Origin: Candidatus Woesearchaeota archaeon
GTDB taxonomy: Archaea; Nanobdellota; Nanobdellia; Woesearchaeales; WAPJ01
NCBI GenBank assembly: GCA_047602885.1
Contig: JBLKOQ010000003.1
Coordinates: 464 to 64,463, forward strand
Direction of reading: 5' to 3'
Length of the DNA stretch: 64,000 nucleotides
The notes under the pieces were generated by a model. It did not search any database and had not been told where the DNA came from. It was given only the letters and a program-made list of their open reading frames with translations. How positions within the stretch are numbered: the stretch's first letter is position 1; each line of letters starts with the position of its first letter. Of this stretch, positions 40,837 to 51,819 are shown piece after piece. A program made the translations under genes and the position numbers.

Positions 40837-42798
40837 TACCACTACACCATAAGGAGCCAATACGCTTAACACTAACTCTCTGTCTAATAATTCAAATGAA
40901 CTGCTCGGATTATTACTGATTATATCAGGGTATGCTATTAGGCCAAAACCGGCATAATCAAAAGAATCACTGTTTAATACGACTTCATAATCGTTATTGT
41001 CAGTTACTCCAACACGATAATCCCTATGGAGCCATGAGCTTGTATTGATTACTATAACATATTTTTCGTTGATTTTGCCTGTCTTCTCCAATACTATTAC
41101 TTTATTATTGTCATCTACATTCAAGAACTTCCTCGTATGACAGTATTCTGGCCAGAATGCGGATTCTCTCATAAGAAGATTAATAGTTTTCTTGTATTCT
41201 AACATTCTCTTGTTTACAGGATTGTATGTAAGATACCATCTTATGCTGCTGTCATGCTCAAAAGTGCCTGGCTGCAACAGGAAAGTCTGCACCAAGTCCA
41301 GTGTGCGTCCTTCCATACAAAAGCTAATGTATGCTTCCATAACCTTTAGTTTTCCTATCGCATGAGGATGATTGGAAGGGTTTAGTGTCATGCACTCATA
41401 AGCAAAAGCTCCTGTAGCCCTTTGTTCCATTAGACCTGCAGCAGCATCATGATTATGGAAATCGGCAATACAACTATTGGATTGTCCCCACTCCTTTTCT
41501 GATGCAATATCCCTAAGCCTCCAAGGACTTATCTGTTCGGCTGATCTTAGCATATAATCCTTATGAAAAAAGTATGTTTCTCTTGAACTATTGTATGCTG
41601 TTGCTCCTAAAGCTCTGCTGTCTGTCTCGTACGGCACTACGAGCATCTTTGCATTATCCCCATAAAAATAGTGTGCCTCAAAATGTATTAGTGCTCTAGG
41701 ATTATAATCATATATTCTGCTAGTCAGTTCCCTCAGAAAAGTTCTACCGTAAGGACGCTCTTCTCCGTCACCATTATCACCATACCTTAGTATTCCGTCT
41801 ACATTGTCTATCCTAAAACCGTCTATCTTATAGTATTTCATGAAGCTAAGACATGATTCTATTACAAACTCTCTTACATGAGGATTGTCATAATGAAACC
41901 TCATAGTGCCCCAAGGAGTATACTCTCTCATGAATACTGGGTATCCTTTCCTGTCAATCCAAACGTGAAGACCATTATCATCACTGTCATAACCAAATAC
42001 CTTATAGTCTTTGTATGGAAGATGGCTTATAACAAAGTCTCCTATGACCGCTATTCCCAGCTTGTGGGCTTCGTCTATCATTCTGCTAAAATCATCTGGC
42101 GTTCCCCAGTTCTTGTTAATAGCATACTGAAATGGAACTAAGTATCTGTACTTCCAATTAGTCCCGTCTATAGACTGCGCAAATGGCAGGAATTGTATGG
42201 TGTTGAATCCTAGCTCCTTAATGTATTCCAGCACTCCTGATACTGCTATGAAATTATAGTATTCTCTTAACGGTACATCCTTTCCTAATCGTCCGTCCTT
42301 ACCCTTATAGTAAGATATCAGTCCGGGAAGATCTGTTTGGCATATAATACAAGGCCTGTTCCTAGTGTCTACAAAATCATTCTTCTGCTTGTATGATGTA
42401 GGATGCTCATGATCCCAGAATAATGAGTTGCCCGCATCATCATAGTATGGCGCTGCAGGGTCCTGGAAGAACCTCTTGTTATTGTCCAATACGCATAATA
42501 TCTTATAAGGAGTTTTATGCCTTAGCTTATTTGTTGTTAGACTAGCATATACGCTATGAGCATCATGCTCAAACTCGTATAGCCTAAGATCATTATTCCC
42601 CCAATCATTAAAAGGCCCTACCAAGTATAATACTGCACTTGGATTGTCTATTAACAGTCTAATGTTTACTTCTAAAACTGTCCCGTCAGCCTTTCTTGAT
42701 ACAACTCTAGGTCCATAATTAGGAGTCCAACCGGCTATATCTTTGCCCTTATCAATCCTTGACAGCGCTTCCCACTGGTAAAAAGGAATTCCCCCCAT
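40819..42798 (-). CDS. GH13-family alpha-glucan branching-enzyme-like protein with an N-terminal CBM48-like domain.
   Basis: [16 protein letters not shown] (GH13 region II-like), [11 protein letters not shown] (region III-like GFRFD) and N-terminal [13 protein letters not shown]. Confidence 0.7.
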   Translation of the reverse strand: MGGIPFYQWEALSRIDKGKDIAGWTPNYGPRVVSRKADGTVLEVNIRLLIDNPSAVLYLVGPFNDWGNNDLRLYEFEHDAHSVYASLTTNKLRHKTPYKILCVLDNNKRFFQDPAAPYYDDAGNSLFWDHEHPTSYKQKNDFVDTRNRPCIICQTDLPGLISYYKGKDGRLGKDVPLREYYNFIAVSGVLEYIKELGFNTIQFLPFAQSIDGTNWKYRYLVPFQYAINKNWGTPDDFSRMIDEAHKLGIAVIGDFVISHLPYKDYKVFGYDSDDNGLHVWIDRKGYPVFMREYTPWGTMRFHYDNPHVREFVIESCLSFMKYYKIDGFRIDNVDGILRYGDNGDGEERPYGRTFLRELTSRIYDYNPRALIHFEAHYFYGDNAKMLVVPYETDSRALGATAYNSSRETYFFHKDYMLRSAEQISPWRLRDIASEKEWGQSNSCIADFHNHDAAAGLMEQRATGAFAYECMTLNPSNHPHAIGKLKVMEAYISFCMEGRTLDLVQTFLLQPGTFEHDSSIRWYLTYNPVNKRMLEYKKTINLLMRESAFWPEYCHTRKFLNVDDNNKVIVLEKTGKINEKYVIVINTSSWLHRDYRVGVTDNNDYEVVLNSDSFDYAGFGLIAYPDIISNNPSSSFELLDRELVLSVLAPYGVVVLKRII

Positions 42799-42866
42799 GC
42801 TAGTGTATAATGAACTAGGGCTTATAAAAGGTTGTGGTTTGTGTCAGATACGAGCAATCATCCATC

Positions 42867-43667
42867 CTAAAAATATAAAAATGTAATCAACAGAATTACA
42901 ATTATCACCAAGGAAGGCAGTACAGAATTAAGAATAATAGCCCGTTTGGTTTGGATTATCACTTTCTCTGAAGGTATTACCATAGGGTAGTATTGTTTCC
43001 ATAAGAAGAAATTTTTCTCTAGATATAATATCTTACTGCCTTCTTCTACTCTCACTATTCCTTCAAGCACTAGCTCATCTCCCTTTCTAGCAATAATCTC
43101 AGCATATCTTACTGAGCTTATCATCTTCTTAAAAAAGCCTGCCTCTTGCGACTTTGTTAACTCTCCTTCATCCTTTGGGCTGATGGATAGACTCGAATAA
43201 TTTCTAATCATTGCAGAGATCTGTTTTGCTCCTTCCCTATTGGTCTTGGGATTCCAATAGTAGTATTCCTTATCAGAAACACTCCGTAAGATATGTGGGC
43301 TTACAGTCAATAAGCCTGTATCATCCGATATTATAAATTGATTTACTGGAAAATTTACATCCTGGACTGACCAAGTTAGGCTGCCGCTTCTTGCACCATA
43401 CAATTCGGTTGCCACTGAATACCAAGCGCAAACAGAACCAGATATAGGGCTCTTAAGGCTATTCTCACTCTTTATCCTTCCGCAAACTCTTACTTTATTT
43501 CCTATACTCAGTTCAGATATCTTCTGTATCTTTCTTTTCTTTATAAGAGAATAAACCTTATAGTAAAAAACCACTTGACCCCCTCCAATAATCCAAATTA
43601 TTATAATAATCATTATAATAACATAATAAAATATTGGATTGGATAGCAAGTCGAACGATAGTACCAT
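42867..43667 (-). CDS. Hypothetical membrane protein (N- and C-terminal TM helices).
   Basis: ORF only. Confidence 0.45.
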   Translation of the reverse strand: MVLSFDLLSNPIFYYVIIMIIIIIWIIGGGQVVFYYKVYSLIKKRKIQKISELSIGNKVRVCGRIKSENSLKSPISGSVCAWYSVATELYGARSGSLTWSVQDVNFPVNQFIISDDTGLLTVSPHILRSVSDKEYYYWNPKTNREGAKQISAMIRNYSSLSISPKDEGELTKSQEAGFFKKMISSVRYAEIIARKGDELVLEGIVRVEEGSKILYLEKNFFLWKQYYPMVIPSEKVIIQTKRAIILNSVLPSLVIIVILLITFLYF

Positions 43668-43995
43668 GACTTGACATTATTAGTATTTCATTTATATTCT
43701 TTTGGTTTAGGATTTCTAGTATATGCTAATTAATTTCTTACTATGAAGGATATCTTATTAACCTAGATTCCGATTCCCCAAAAAAATTATGAAGAGAATA
43801 ATTGCTGGGGTAGAATTGCTAGGGCAGATCAAGTGAGAGGGATGACATCTGTTGGGATAAAAGAATATGACTGGATAATAAGATTCCTAAAATAAAAGAA
43901 GACTAAGTATGATTATTTTATAAGGTTATTTATTATGAAAAGGAACCGTATTATGATCATATCAACAATCTCATCACATGAATAGTTCGTTAATA

Positions 43996-44604
43996 TTAAT
44001 AAGAATACCGTCTCTTCATGAATATTAGCACTGCAAAAACAATAAGCAACAAAACTATTATGCCTATCAATAAGGGTACTATAGGATCATTATCACTTAC
44101 AGGAATGATATGAGTATCACATTCTATGCCATAATATTCAGCGCATCCTATACAAAGACCACTACAAGAAGCATCCTTAAGATCAGCATAATATAATAGC
44201 CTGCCACTATCCTCCTCTTTTATCATCAAAGTAGCTATGTCATAAGATATAGGAAGACGGACCAAGAAGTCATATCCTTCAGGCATAATATCCCCTCCCG
44301 AACCATTACCAAAAGAATCATAATGAAGAATATAAGAAGATATTATACTCTGCGAAAGAATCCTGCCAGAATCATCTGACAACGCAAAGATATATCGCTG
44401 ATCTCCAGAACCAAGAGGAGTAGTCTGGGGACGATCAGATATCGATATACTGCCAATAACAACATTCCCATCATTAAAAATGGTACCATCAACATGAAGA
44501 GTCTGACCATAAGCTACAGGCAACAATAATACTAACACCAAACCCCAAATAATATTATGATATCGCACCACAAACCACCAAAGCATTATACATATCAGAC
44601 TCAT
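43996..44604 (-). CDS. Hypothetical surface protein with a C-terminal TM anchor.
   Basis: ORF; N-terminal hydrophobic segment and terminal LLIGIIVLLLIVFAVLIF followed by KRR. Confidence 0.4.
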   Translation of the reverse strand: MSLICIMLWWFVVRYHNIIWGLVLVLLLPVAYGQTLHVDGTIFNDGNVVIGSISISDRPQTTPLGSGDQRYIFALSDDSGRILSQSIISSYILHYDSFGNGSGGDIMPEGYDFLVRLPISYDIATLMIKEEDSGRLLYYADLKDASCSGLCIGCAEYYGIECDTHIIPVSDNDPIVPLLIGIIVLLLIVFAVLIFMKRRYSY

Positions 44605-46435
44605 ACTTCATATAATCATAACCAGCAGGACCAAATACACCATAAGGATCACAATAGTCCATTAAAAAACCCTTATTATACTCGGGATTAGAAAGACAAC
44701 GTTCAAACTCTTCAGGACTACAAGTATAAGGAGGAACCGAACACCTATAATCGATAGGCTCAGTGCATGATGGCTGGCAATCCTGATGATTAACGCCTGA
44801 ACATGCTCCTGCAGGATAATCAGTATCAATCCATTCTTCTCTAGGATTGCAACTAAGATGATGAAGACCAAAAGTATGGCCTGACTCATGAAGAGCTATG
44901 CTGGCAGCATCTTTAGGCGGCGGAAATTCAGCCATGCTTAACCCAACCCTCCCATAAAGCCGTGCGATGCCACTATACAAAACATCTGAGACTAGCTCAC
45001 CACCAGAATAATAATAATACTCCCAAAAATTTGCAGAGAGTCCAATAACCCTATCAACTCTTCCATCAACATTTCTTTCTGCACACTCTAGCGCTTCACT
45101 AAAACAAGATTCAATGTTTCTTTGCCTTTCTGCATTGATAGCAAAACGATTGTTTGCCACTATCGTATACTGGCATTCTTCAATACACTCCATGTCATCC
45201 ACTATAACAAACCTGAATCCTATTTCTTCATGCGTGCACTCTCTTATAGGCAGTTCCTCACGGAAAGCTTGTATGACTTCATATGCCCTCTCTCGGTATA
45301 TAGAATATAAGTATGAAGGATATCCTAATGGAACAATGACAAATGTAAACTCGTTTCCAGACTCATAACAAGCACCCCTAACAGCATCGAATACCAGTCC
45401 TTCACAGCAAGAAGAAGCATCTCCAGCTTTCATACCTAAGGACGCGCATGAGGTCATGCACCCTAGTCCATCCTCTGTTTCAACACAAAAAGGAGTTTCT
45501 TGCATGCATCTTGAAGAGTCTGTACATGATTCAGGCGGCATTACCTCAAGGGTAGGAATATTATCTGGCAATGATACTCTTACTAAAGCGCCTGATTCTG
45601 TAAAGAAAGTAAGCCAGTCCTCATCAAGCACCCAGTTTCCTTGTGACAGCGGCGTTGTATCACCTATAAGCGCATATAATACTGCATCTTCATGATCAGT
45701 TTGTAATATTTCCATAAAGATCTCCCTAACATTATCAGTACCGAATGCTCCATTGGATCCTTGGCGCCTAAGCAGGCCATATCCAGTATGAATATCTTCT
45801 TCGGCATCATACGTTACAACAAAATGGACTGGATGACCCATCACAGTAGGGTTTGGCCCGAATTGGATTGTCTTGATATCTACTATTATTGCTTCAGGAT
45901 CATAAACAGTGAACTGCCCTTCAGCCAATAATACTTGAGTGCCATTATGAAGAGTTCCTATAACCTGATAAGGATATACTCCTACAGTATGAGTCTCCTC
46001 ATATCTGATAGTAAAAGTCCTATTACCCGCTCCCCCACCATCATCTATCACTCTACCGGTAATAATATCTCGGGGCCTTTGAACTGCTATTGCCCCACCC
46101 GTTCCTCCTGGTACTGTTCCTGATGATGGACTGGTAGCATATATACCCGTACTAGCAATTATTCCTTCAAGGTCATCTACTACTACTTCTACAGGGTTTC
46201 CAACAGCCACCCTATCCGGCACACTAACTCTTACTCCACTACCATAAATACTTCCATCAGACAAGGATCCTGGTATTATGTCACAGTCAAGCCCCCTGCA
46301 CTGGAATACTCCAAGAGTATCACCAAATATAGTCATCTGACCAGTAAAAATCAATACTAATACTACCAACACGACTATCACAATAATCGCTATTATTATG
46401 GTGTTTAACGGCAGTCCCTGAGCCTTACGAACCAT
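44555..46435 (-). CDS. Protein with a class III (archaeal type IV pilin-like) signal peptide and a C-terminal metzincin-type zinc metalloprotease motif.
   Basis: N-terminus MVRKAQGLPLNTIIIAIIVIVVLVVLVLIF; C-terminal HESGHTFGLHH, which is the HExxHxxGxxH pattern. Confidence 0.55.
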   Translation of the reverse strand: MVRKAQGLPLNTIIIAIIVIVVLVVLVLIFTGQMTIFGDTLGVFQCRGLDCDIIPGSLSDGSIYGSGVRVSVPDRVAVGNPVEVVVDDLEGIIASTGIYATSPSSGTVPGGTGGAIAVQRPRDIITGRVIDDGGGAGNRTFTIRYEETHTVGVYPYQVIGTLHNGTQVLLAEGQFTVYDPEAIIVDIKTIQFGPNPTVMGHPVHFVVTYDAEEDIHTGYGLLRRQGSNGAFGTDNVREIFMEILQTDHEDAVLYALIGDTTPLSQGNWVLDEDWLTFFTESGALVRVSLPDNIPTLEVMPPESCTDSSRCMQETPFCVETEDGLGCMTSCASLGMKAGDASSCCEGLVFDAVRGACYESGNEFTFVIVPLGYPSYLYSIYRERAYEVIQAFREELPIRECTHEEIGFRFVIVDDMECIEECQYTIVANNRFAINAERQRNIESCFSEALECAERNVDGRVDRVIGLSANFWEYYYYSGGELVSDVLYSGIARLYGRVGLSMAEFPPPKDAASIALHESGHTFGLHHLSCNPREEWIDTDYPAGACSGVNHQDCQPSCTEPIDYRCSVPPYTCSPEEFERCLSNPEYNKGFLMDYCDPYGVFGPAGYDYMKYESDMYNALVVCGAIS

Positions 46436-46608
46436 AGTAAATACTTATAACATAGAGTTTATTAATTTATGGGATAGAATGAACAGCTATGTAATCATAT
46501 TATCATGCTTCTATAAGTTAGAATTACAGATTAGTGGAGAAATAATCTCTAAATAGTTTACTTATAATATTAATAGATTTAGGACATAGAAGGAATGTTT
46601 ACAGATAG

Positions 46609-48348
46609 TTATTTTATTAGTTCTTTCAACTCATCAACCTGCCTTCTTATTACTTCAAAGCCTTTCTCCCAGAACTCTTCTTCTTCGGGATTGTATCCTG
46701 CTTCTATTAGTATTTCTAAGGGTGGTCTTGAGCCTCCATAGGATAATATTTTTATGTATTTTTCTATGAAATCATCCTTGTTTTCTAAATAATCTTCGTA
46801 TAATGCGAGTACTAGTAGGTTGCCCCATGAGTATGCATAACAGTAGAATGGACTATGATGAATATGCGGGATATAATTCCATTCGTTCCTGAATATATCA
46901 GGAATATCCATGTCTCCGAACTGCTCTTTTAATAATTCCAGCCATTTATCTTCAAGTTCTTGGAGTGTTGCCCCTTCTTTTATCCTATCATGAGCATATT
47001 CCTCAAATAATACGAAATAAGCCTGTCTTATTATAGAAGCGTACTGATCATCCAACATTCTTGTAATTATTGATATCTTCTCGTTATTGTCCTTGGCATT
47101 ATCTAGCATCTGGTTAGACAATAATAGTTCTGAAAATATTGATGCTGTTTCTGCTAATGGCAGTGTAGCATGTTGTAATATGTCGGGCTTATCTTCTGCC
47201 AGTATGGAATGAATAGCATGGCCTAGCTCATGGGCTAGAGTAAATACGTCTCTTAGCCTATTATTATGATTTAAGAGTATGTAAGGGTCTATACTGCGAG
47301 ATACAGTATAACAGTATGCTCCTCCCTTCTTACCCTTCTTAGGATATACGTGGACATGGTCTTTGTCAAATATTCTTCTTGCCGCCTTTTCAAACCTAGG
47401 ATCGAATTCTTTGAACAATCCTAATACCATTCTTTTGGAAGACTCATAATCATATTCCTGTTCTTTCATGTTTATAGGAGCGTACAAGTGGAATCTTGAG
47501 TAAGGATAGTCTTTTTTTGAGATTTCATATTTTAGCTTGAAATATTCCTGGAATACATTGGTATTCTTTCTTATTACTGACAATAGTGCTACTACAGACT
47601 TGTCTGTAACATCATTTCCTACATTCCTCTGGCTTATAGGACTGGTATGGCCTCTTATTAGTATTCCTTCATTATGCCAATCCATTACTATAGCCTTATA
47701 TATTTCTGTTAGGACAGTAGAATATTCTTTGTATCTTGACAATACCATATTATATGCTTTTACTCTCTTATCCTTATCATTACTCGTATACCATGATGTT
47801 AATTGCTCTTGAGAATATGTTTCTTTGTCAATCTCATAGGTGAATCCTGAACAGATTATGGAATATAGGCTTGATAGGGAGTCTTCAGCAGAAGATTTTA
47901 GGTTTATTATCTTTTCTTTCTCTTCATCAAGAGTATATTTTTTCATAATCCTAAGCCTTTTAAAGAAATAATAGTATTCTTTGAGTTCTACAGAATTTAT
48001 GAGCCTATCAGTATTATTGTCATCCAGGTACATGAACCATATTCCAAAGAATATCATCCTGTTAGTTAGGCTATTTGATATCTGGTCAAACCTTGTAATC
48101 CTGCCTAGGATTTTAGGGTCTGATGTATTATCAGAGAATACGAAATAATAGTATGCGTTGATTCGAGAAGCTATGATTCCTATACGCTCTTTTAGCTGGA
48201 TTATTGAGAGCAGTAGTTTAGGATCAATATCAGGCTGCAAGTCAACCCTGTGCTTTTCGAACTCAGATACTAATAGTTCGAGTTCTTGGATTAATTCATC
48301 ATCAGTCTTACCCTGCAGTATGTCGTTAAGGTTCCATATATCTGCCAT
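46609..48348 (-). CDS. pepF: Oligoendopeptidase F (M3 family).
   Basis: HELGHAIH zinc-binding motif and M3B architecture; 579 aa. Confidence 0.85.
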   Translation of the reverse strand: MADIWNLNDILQGKTDDELIQELELLVSEFEKHRVDLQPDIDPKLLLSIIQLKERIGIIASRINAYYYFVFSDNTSDPKILGRITRFDQISNSLTNRMIFFGIWFMYLDDNNTDRLINSVELKEYYYFFKRLRIMKKYTLDEEKEKIINLKSSAEDSLSSLYSIICSGFTYEIDKETYSQEQLTSWYTSNDKDKRVKAYNMVLSRYKEYSTVLTEIYKAIVMDWHNEGILIRGHTSPISQRNVGNDVTDKSVVALLSVIRKNTNVFQEYFKLKYEISKKDYPYSRFHLYAPINMKEQEYDYESSKRMVLGLFKEFDPRFEKAARRIFDKDHVHVYPKKGKKGGAYCYTVSRSIDPYILLNHNNRLRDVFTLAHELGHAIHSILAEDKPDILQHATLPLAETASIFSELLLSNQMLDNAKDNNEKISIITRMLDDQYASIIRQAYFVLFEEYAHDRIKEGATLQELEDKWLELLKEQFGDMDIPDIFRNEWNYIPHIHHSPFYCYAYSWGNLLVLALYEDYLENKDDFIEKYIKILSYGGSRPPLEILIEAGYNPEEEEFWEKGFEVIRRQVDELKELIK

Positions 48349-48438
48349 AATAATAAGAAATGCAAGATTAGTATTTAAGAGTTATTTAAATAGAAGGGTG
48401 AAATGATATAAAGACGAAAGGATATTCATCATAATATT

Positions 48439-48573
48439 ATGGTAGACAACAAAGAAAATAATCCTGAACTAAGCAAAGAGACAATAATCGCTATAGAAAA
48501 AGCAAGAGAAAGAATAAAGAAAGGGCATTTTGTGACAGAGGAAGAGGCAGCGATAAGATTAGGGTTGCATTAA
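48439..48573 (+). CDS. Small ORF (44 aa), possibly an antitoxin-like or regulatory peptide; not in the ORF track.
   Basis: MVDNKENNPELSKETIIAIEKARERIKKGHFVTEEEAAIRLGLH; charged and helical. Lies upstream of the defence island. Confidence 0.25.
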   Translation: MVDNKENNPELSKETIIAIEKARERIKKGHFVTEEEAAIRLGLH

Positions 48574-48723
48574 GATACAACCCAAGAGCTATCTTTAATG
48601 GTACTAAACACTTAACTTTTATATAAAAGCATTGTTCATTTAAATACTATATTGCTATTTAGCATTATTTGGATATAACAATGCCAAAATATAATCAGTA
48701 TAACACAAACTTATTTATATTAG

Positions 48724-49842
48724 ATGTTGTTATTTAACATCATGGGAAAGGGCTCTACTCAGATTCTTATAAGAAGGATAATAGAATCATTAGCTAAATC
48801 TCCAAAATCATCAAGTGAGATAGCAAGAGAGACAGGGCTTGACAGGACTGCAATATCAAGATACCTGGAAGTACTAAATAAAAGTGGTTTTGTAACAGTA
48901 GAAAAGAAGGGTTCTAGCAAGAGATTCATATTATCATCAAATTATCGTATAGACACTTATTTCGGCCTATCTCTAGACTCTAAGACTGATAGGCTGATTG
49001 ATTCCATATACTATTATATTAGCGAAAGATGGAAAGAGAATAGCAGTAGGAGATTGCTCAAGACTACTGCACAAAAAATAATGTATCAGATAATACATGA
49101 TTGTGATCTCAGCATTCCTAACGGATGGTATATTTATGGGGGTATATGCGTAAAGCCTTATGATGCTAATAGTAGTTATGGTCATCGCAGACTGTCACAG
49201 AGTATAATTAATTGTGTGAATGAGACAGTCACAGAATATTCTAAGAATAAGTTTGAGTATGAGAGCAAACAACTCCAATATAAGAAGGCGGGAAAAGAGC
49301 TCTATTATATCAAAGAGGATATTCTAAAGATACTATATTCTAAGAGTTTTACTAAAAAGTCAATGCATGTACTACAAAAACAGTATGCGAGATTAAGGAA
49401 GATAGTACCTTCAGGAGACGCTTTATATTATGAGATTATTAACGATTATGACACTCTCCTTATAGACATTACAAGAGAATGGGATCATTTTGTGGATGAA
49501 AAGGATGATAGGAATTATGCTGAGTTCAAGCACAAACTAGTTTCTTCATTTGAAGCATTATGGAAGATGATAGCCATGCAAAATTTTAAAGAAGACCTAC
49601 TATTAGGAGGATATTATATGGAAAAAGAGCTCTATGAACATTTCAGGCTTGATATAGCCCAGGCTAAAGAGGATGTTATAGAAATCTGTTCCCTGTTAAA
49701 CGAGATGATACCATCAGAAGAGCCCGATGACCCTGATTATGATGAGTTTAAGAGAATTATTAAGGAAGGCCATAAGCTGCCTAAGAAAGAGCAGGCTAGG
49801 CTGATAGAAAAGCTTAATTCAAAGATTAGGAGAAAATCATAA
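48724..49842 (+). CDS. wHTH-domain protein with a large uncharacterised C-terminal domain.
   Basis: N-terminal MarR/ArsR-like wHTH (SSEIARETGLDRTAISRYLEVLNKSGFVTVEKKG). Confidence 0.5.
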   Translation: MLLFNIMGKGSTQILIRRIIESLAKSPKSSSEIARETGLDRTAISRYLEVLNKSGFVTVEKKGSSKRFILSSNYRIDTYFGLSLDSKTDRLIDSIYYYISERWKENSSRRLLKTTAQKIMYQIIHDCDLSIPNGWYIYGGICVKPYDANSSYGHRRLSQSIINCVNETVTEYSKNKFEYESKQLQYKKAGKELYYIKEDILKILYSKSFTKKSMHVLQKQYARLRKIVPSGDALYYEIINDYDTLLIDITREWDHFVDEKDDRNYAEFKHKLVSSFEALWKMIAMQNFKEDLLLGGYYMEKELYEHFRLDIAQAKEDVIEICSLLNEMIPSEEPDDPDYDEFKRIIKEGHKLPKKEQARLIEKLNSKIRRKS

Positions 49843-50241
49843 TAATTGTTCAGGCTTGATTGTGGGGACTTTTGAATTCTTGAAATCATTCGTGTTTCTT
49901 GTCACAATGTAGTCAGCTTTAGCTCTTCTTGCCAGTATGCAGTGTAGCTCGTCCTGGACATTATTGGGATTCTGGCTTCTTGCCATTTCTTCATCCTCTT
50001 CCGTTTTTCTTACTTTTATGGTTTTCTTTTCGAGTATTTTAAGGAGTATTCTTGCGCTTGAAAGCCTCTTTTTTATTTCCAGCTCTTTTAGCGTCCAGTC
50101 AGATATTATCACATTATGCTCGCATTTTGCAGCCCTGAACAATAATACTCTAGAAGATGCTGATATGTCTTTTCCGAATAAGTTCATAGTATCGTCAAGA
50201 GCATACATTATTATGTTCGTATCAATGTAAAGCCTAGCCAC
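49837..50241 (-). CDS. PIN-domain protein (VapC-like ribonuclease fold).
   Basis: LYIDTNIIMYALDD near the N-terminus and C-terminal DYIVTRNTNDF. GTG start. Confidence 0.7.
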   Translation of the reverse strand: MARLYIDTNIIMYALDDTMNLFGKDISASSRVLLFRAAKCEHNVIISDWTLKELEIKKRLSSARILLKILEKKTIKVRKTEEDEEMARSQNPNNVQDELHCILARRAKADYIVTRNTNDFKNSKVPTIKPEQLL

Positions 50242-50360
50242 TTAACCGCCCTGCAATTACTAGAGAAGCAGAATATGTTATTAATAGTATTAATGTAAAG
50301 AAGTCCAGTGGCATTATAAGAAAGGTATGAGATAATAATCCTTATACGATATGATACTCA

Positions 50361-50903
50361 TTACTCATTAGTATAGTCATACAAGCTCTTATTCTTGGAA
50401 TCCTTCTTATCTAAATCTATTAATTCAGTTTCATCATCAATCTCTATAATATCGCCAAATTTTCTTTTCATCTGCTCTAATAATATTTGTGCAATATCAT
50501 CCTTATGTAATATGAATCCGTCACTTGTCATAAAATAATCATTCCTAAAATCCTGTTCAATAACCTCTTTTCTTGCAAATCTCTTATCAAAATAGTCTAT
50601 TTTTAAAGAGCTCATTATATGGCTTGATGTTCTGCTAATAGATTTTGGCTTAATACCCATCTTATCTGCAAGCCCTTTCTGAGACCATTCCTTATCATTC
50701 TGAGCCAAGTAGTTTATAGTAGAATATACCCATAATAGCCCTCCTGCAATAAACTCTGTTTTAGAATTGGTATAATGTTTTCTTAAACGAAAATAAGCAT
50801 CTATTAGCTTTTCGATGTTCTCCTTATCCTCATCAGTATAAGAGAGTGATAGACCAAATACGATTTCTTTTACCTTATCCCTTTTTTCTTTAAAATCGCT
50901 CAT
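50361..50903 (-). CDS. Hypothetical protein (180 aa) with a possible central HTH.
   Basis: ORF; SQKGLADKMGIKPKSISRTSSHI is HTH-like. Confidence 0.4.
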   Translation of the reverse strand: MSDFKEKRDKVKEIVFGLSLSYTDEDKENIEKLIDAYFRLRKHYTNSKTEFIAGGLLWVYSTINYLAQNDKEWSQKGLADKMGIKPKSISRTSSHIMSSLKIDYFDKRFARKEVIEQDFRNDYFMTSDGFILHKDDIAQILLEQMKRKFGDIIEIDDETELIDLDKKDSKNKSLYDYTNE

Positions 50904-51096
50904 ATGAAATCATCTTTTGTGTTCTTATATACTGGTTATTGTTCTCATATTGTTATGGGTAGGCTTATTTCTCTTTTTATGCCTAAGCTAGAGGATTTAC
51001 AGTCCCGCCGAGGCAGGACCATCCTCTTTACACTTTCATTATTAGTGAATAGAAGGGAGTGGTGATTGTTTATAAGGTTGTTGGGGAATAATCATA

Positions 51097-51819
51097 TTAT
51101 GGAGTCCTAAAGCTCTCTTCATTCACCAGGCTAATTACTCCAATACAAGAATCATTGTATTTTGCAAATTCATGTGGATTACTAATTGTTCTGATTAATG
51201 CGAACCCTTTGATTGGGATATTAGGAAAATGCTTTTTTAGTAAGCTAGCACAACCTTGCATTGTGGACCCTCTTGTAATGACGTCATCTATAAGAAGAAT
51301 GCTTCTTGGCTGATGAACTTGTGGTATTACCTTGATGCTATTGTAATGCTCTGTTGGTTTAGGGCGTTCAGATGAAACGGAGTATGATGATTTTTGCACA
51401 GGAATAAAACGTTGTAAACAAGGATAATAATTCCCAAGACCTTGTTTTGATAGTGCTCGTGCAATCCTGTCAGGAACCCACAAAGTATCTTTTTGCATAA
51501 GATGACTTTTAGGCACAGGAACTAAATCAATATCTTCTCCGAAAAAATCTTTGAAAGGAAAACTCTCAATCTTTGTTTTAATCATCTCTGAGATTAATTC
51601 AGATGTAACTCTTGGAGGATTACCTCTAATTGAGTCACTTTTTACATTATTCATTACATTTTTTGATTTCTTTATCTCCTCATTCTTCTGACCTTCAATG
51701 AATCTTGGACAATACGCGAATAAGGAGCCATATTCAAGATTAGAAAGTAACAAGTTGATTACCCCAAACATCCTCTTGGGTTTCGGATAGTTCTTCTGGG
51801 AGAGAATCCAAAAGGACAC
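51097..51819 (-). CDS. Phosphoribosyltransferase (PRTase) domain protein, ComF/ShosT-like.
   Basis: PRPP-binding loop ILLIDDVITRGSTMQG. The 5' end overlaps the upstream gene by ~80 bp, so the true start is probably the internal Met at 51771 or 51654. Confidence 0.6.
   Translation of the reverse strand: MSFWILSQKNYPKPKRMFGVINLLLSNLEYGSLFAYCPRFIEGQKNEEIKKSKNVMNNVKSDSIRGNPPRVTSELISEMIKTKIESFPFKDFFGEDIDLVPVPKSHLMQKDTLWVPDRIARALSKQGLGNYYPCLQRFIPVQKSSYSVSSERPKPTEHYNSIKVIPQVHQPRSILLIDDVITRGSTMQGCASLLKKHFPNIPIKGFALIRTISNPHEFAKYNDSCIGVISLVNEESFRTP

Noticed and set aside
45114-45368. Plus-strand ORFs 45114-45368 and 45122-45310 as independent genes.
   Set aside because: Antisense to the 626-aa pilin-signal/metzincin gene; no motifs.
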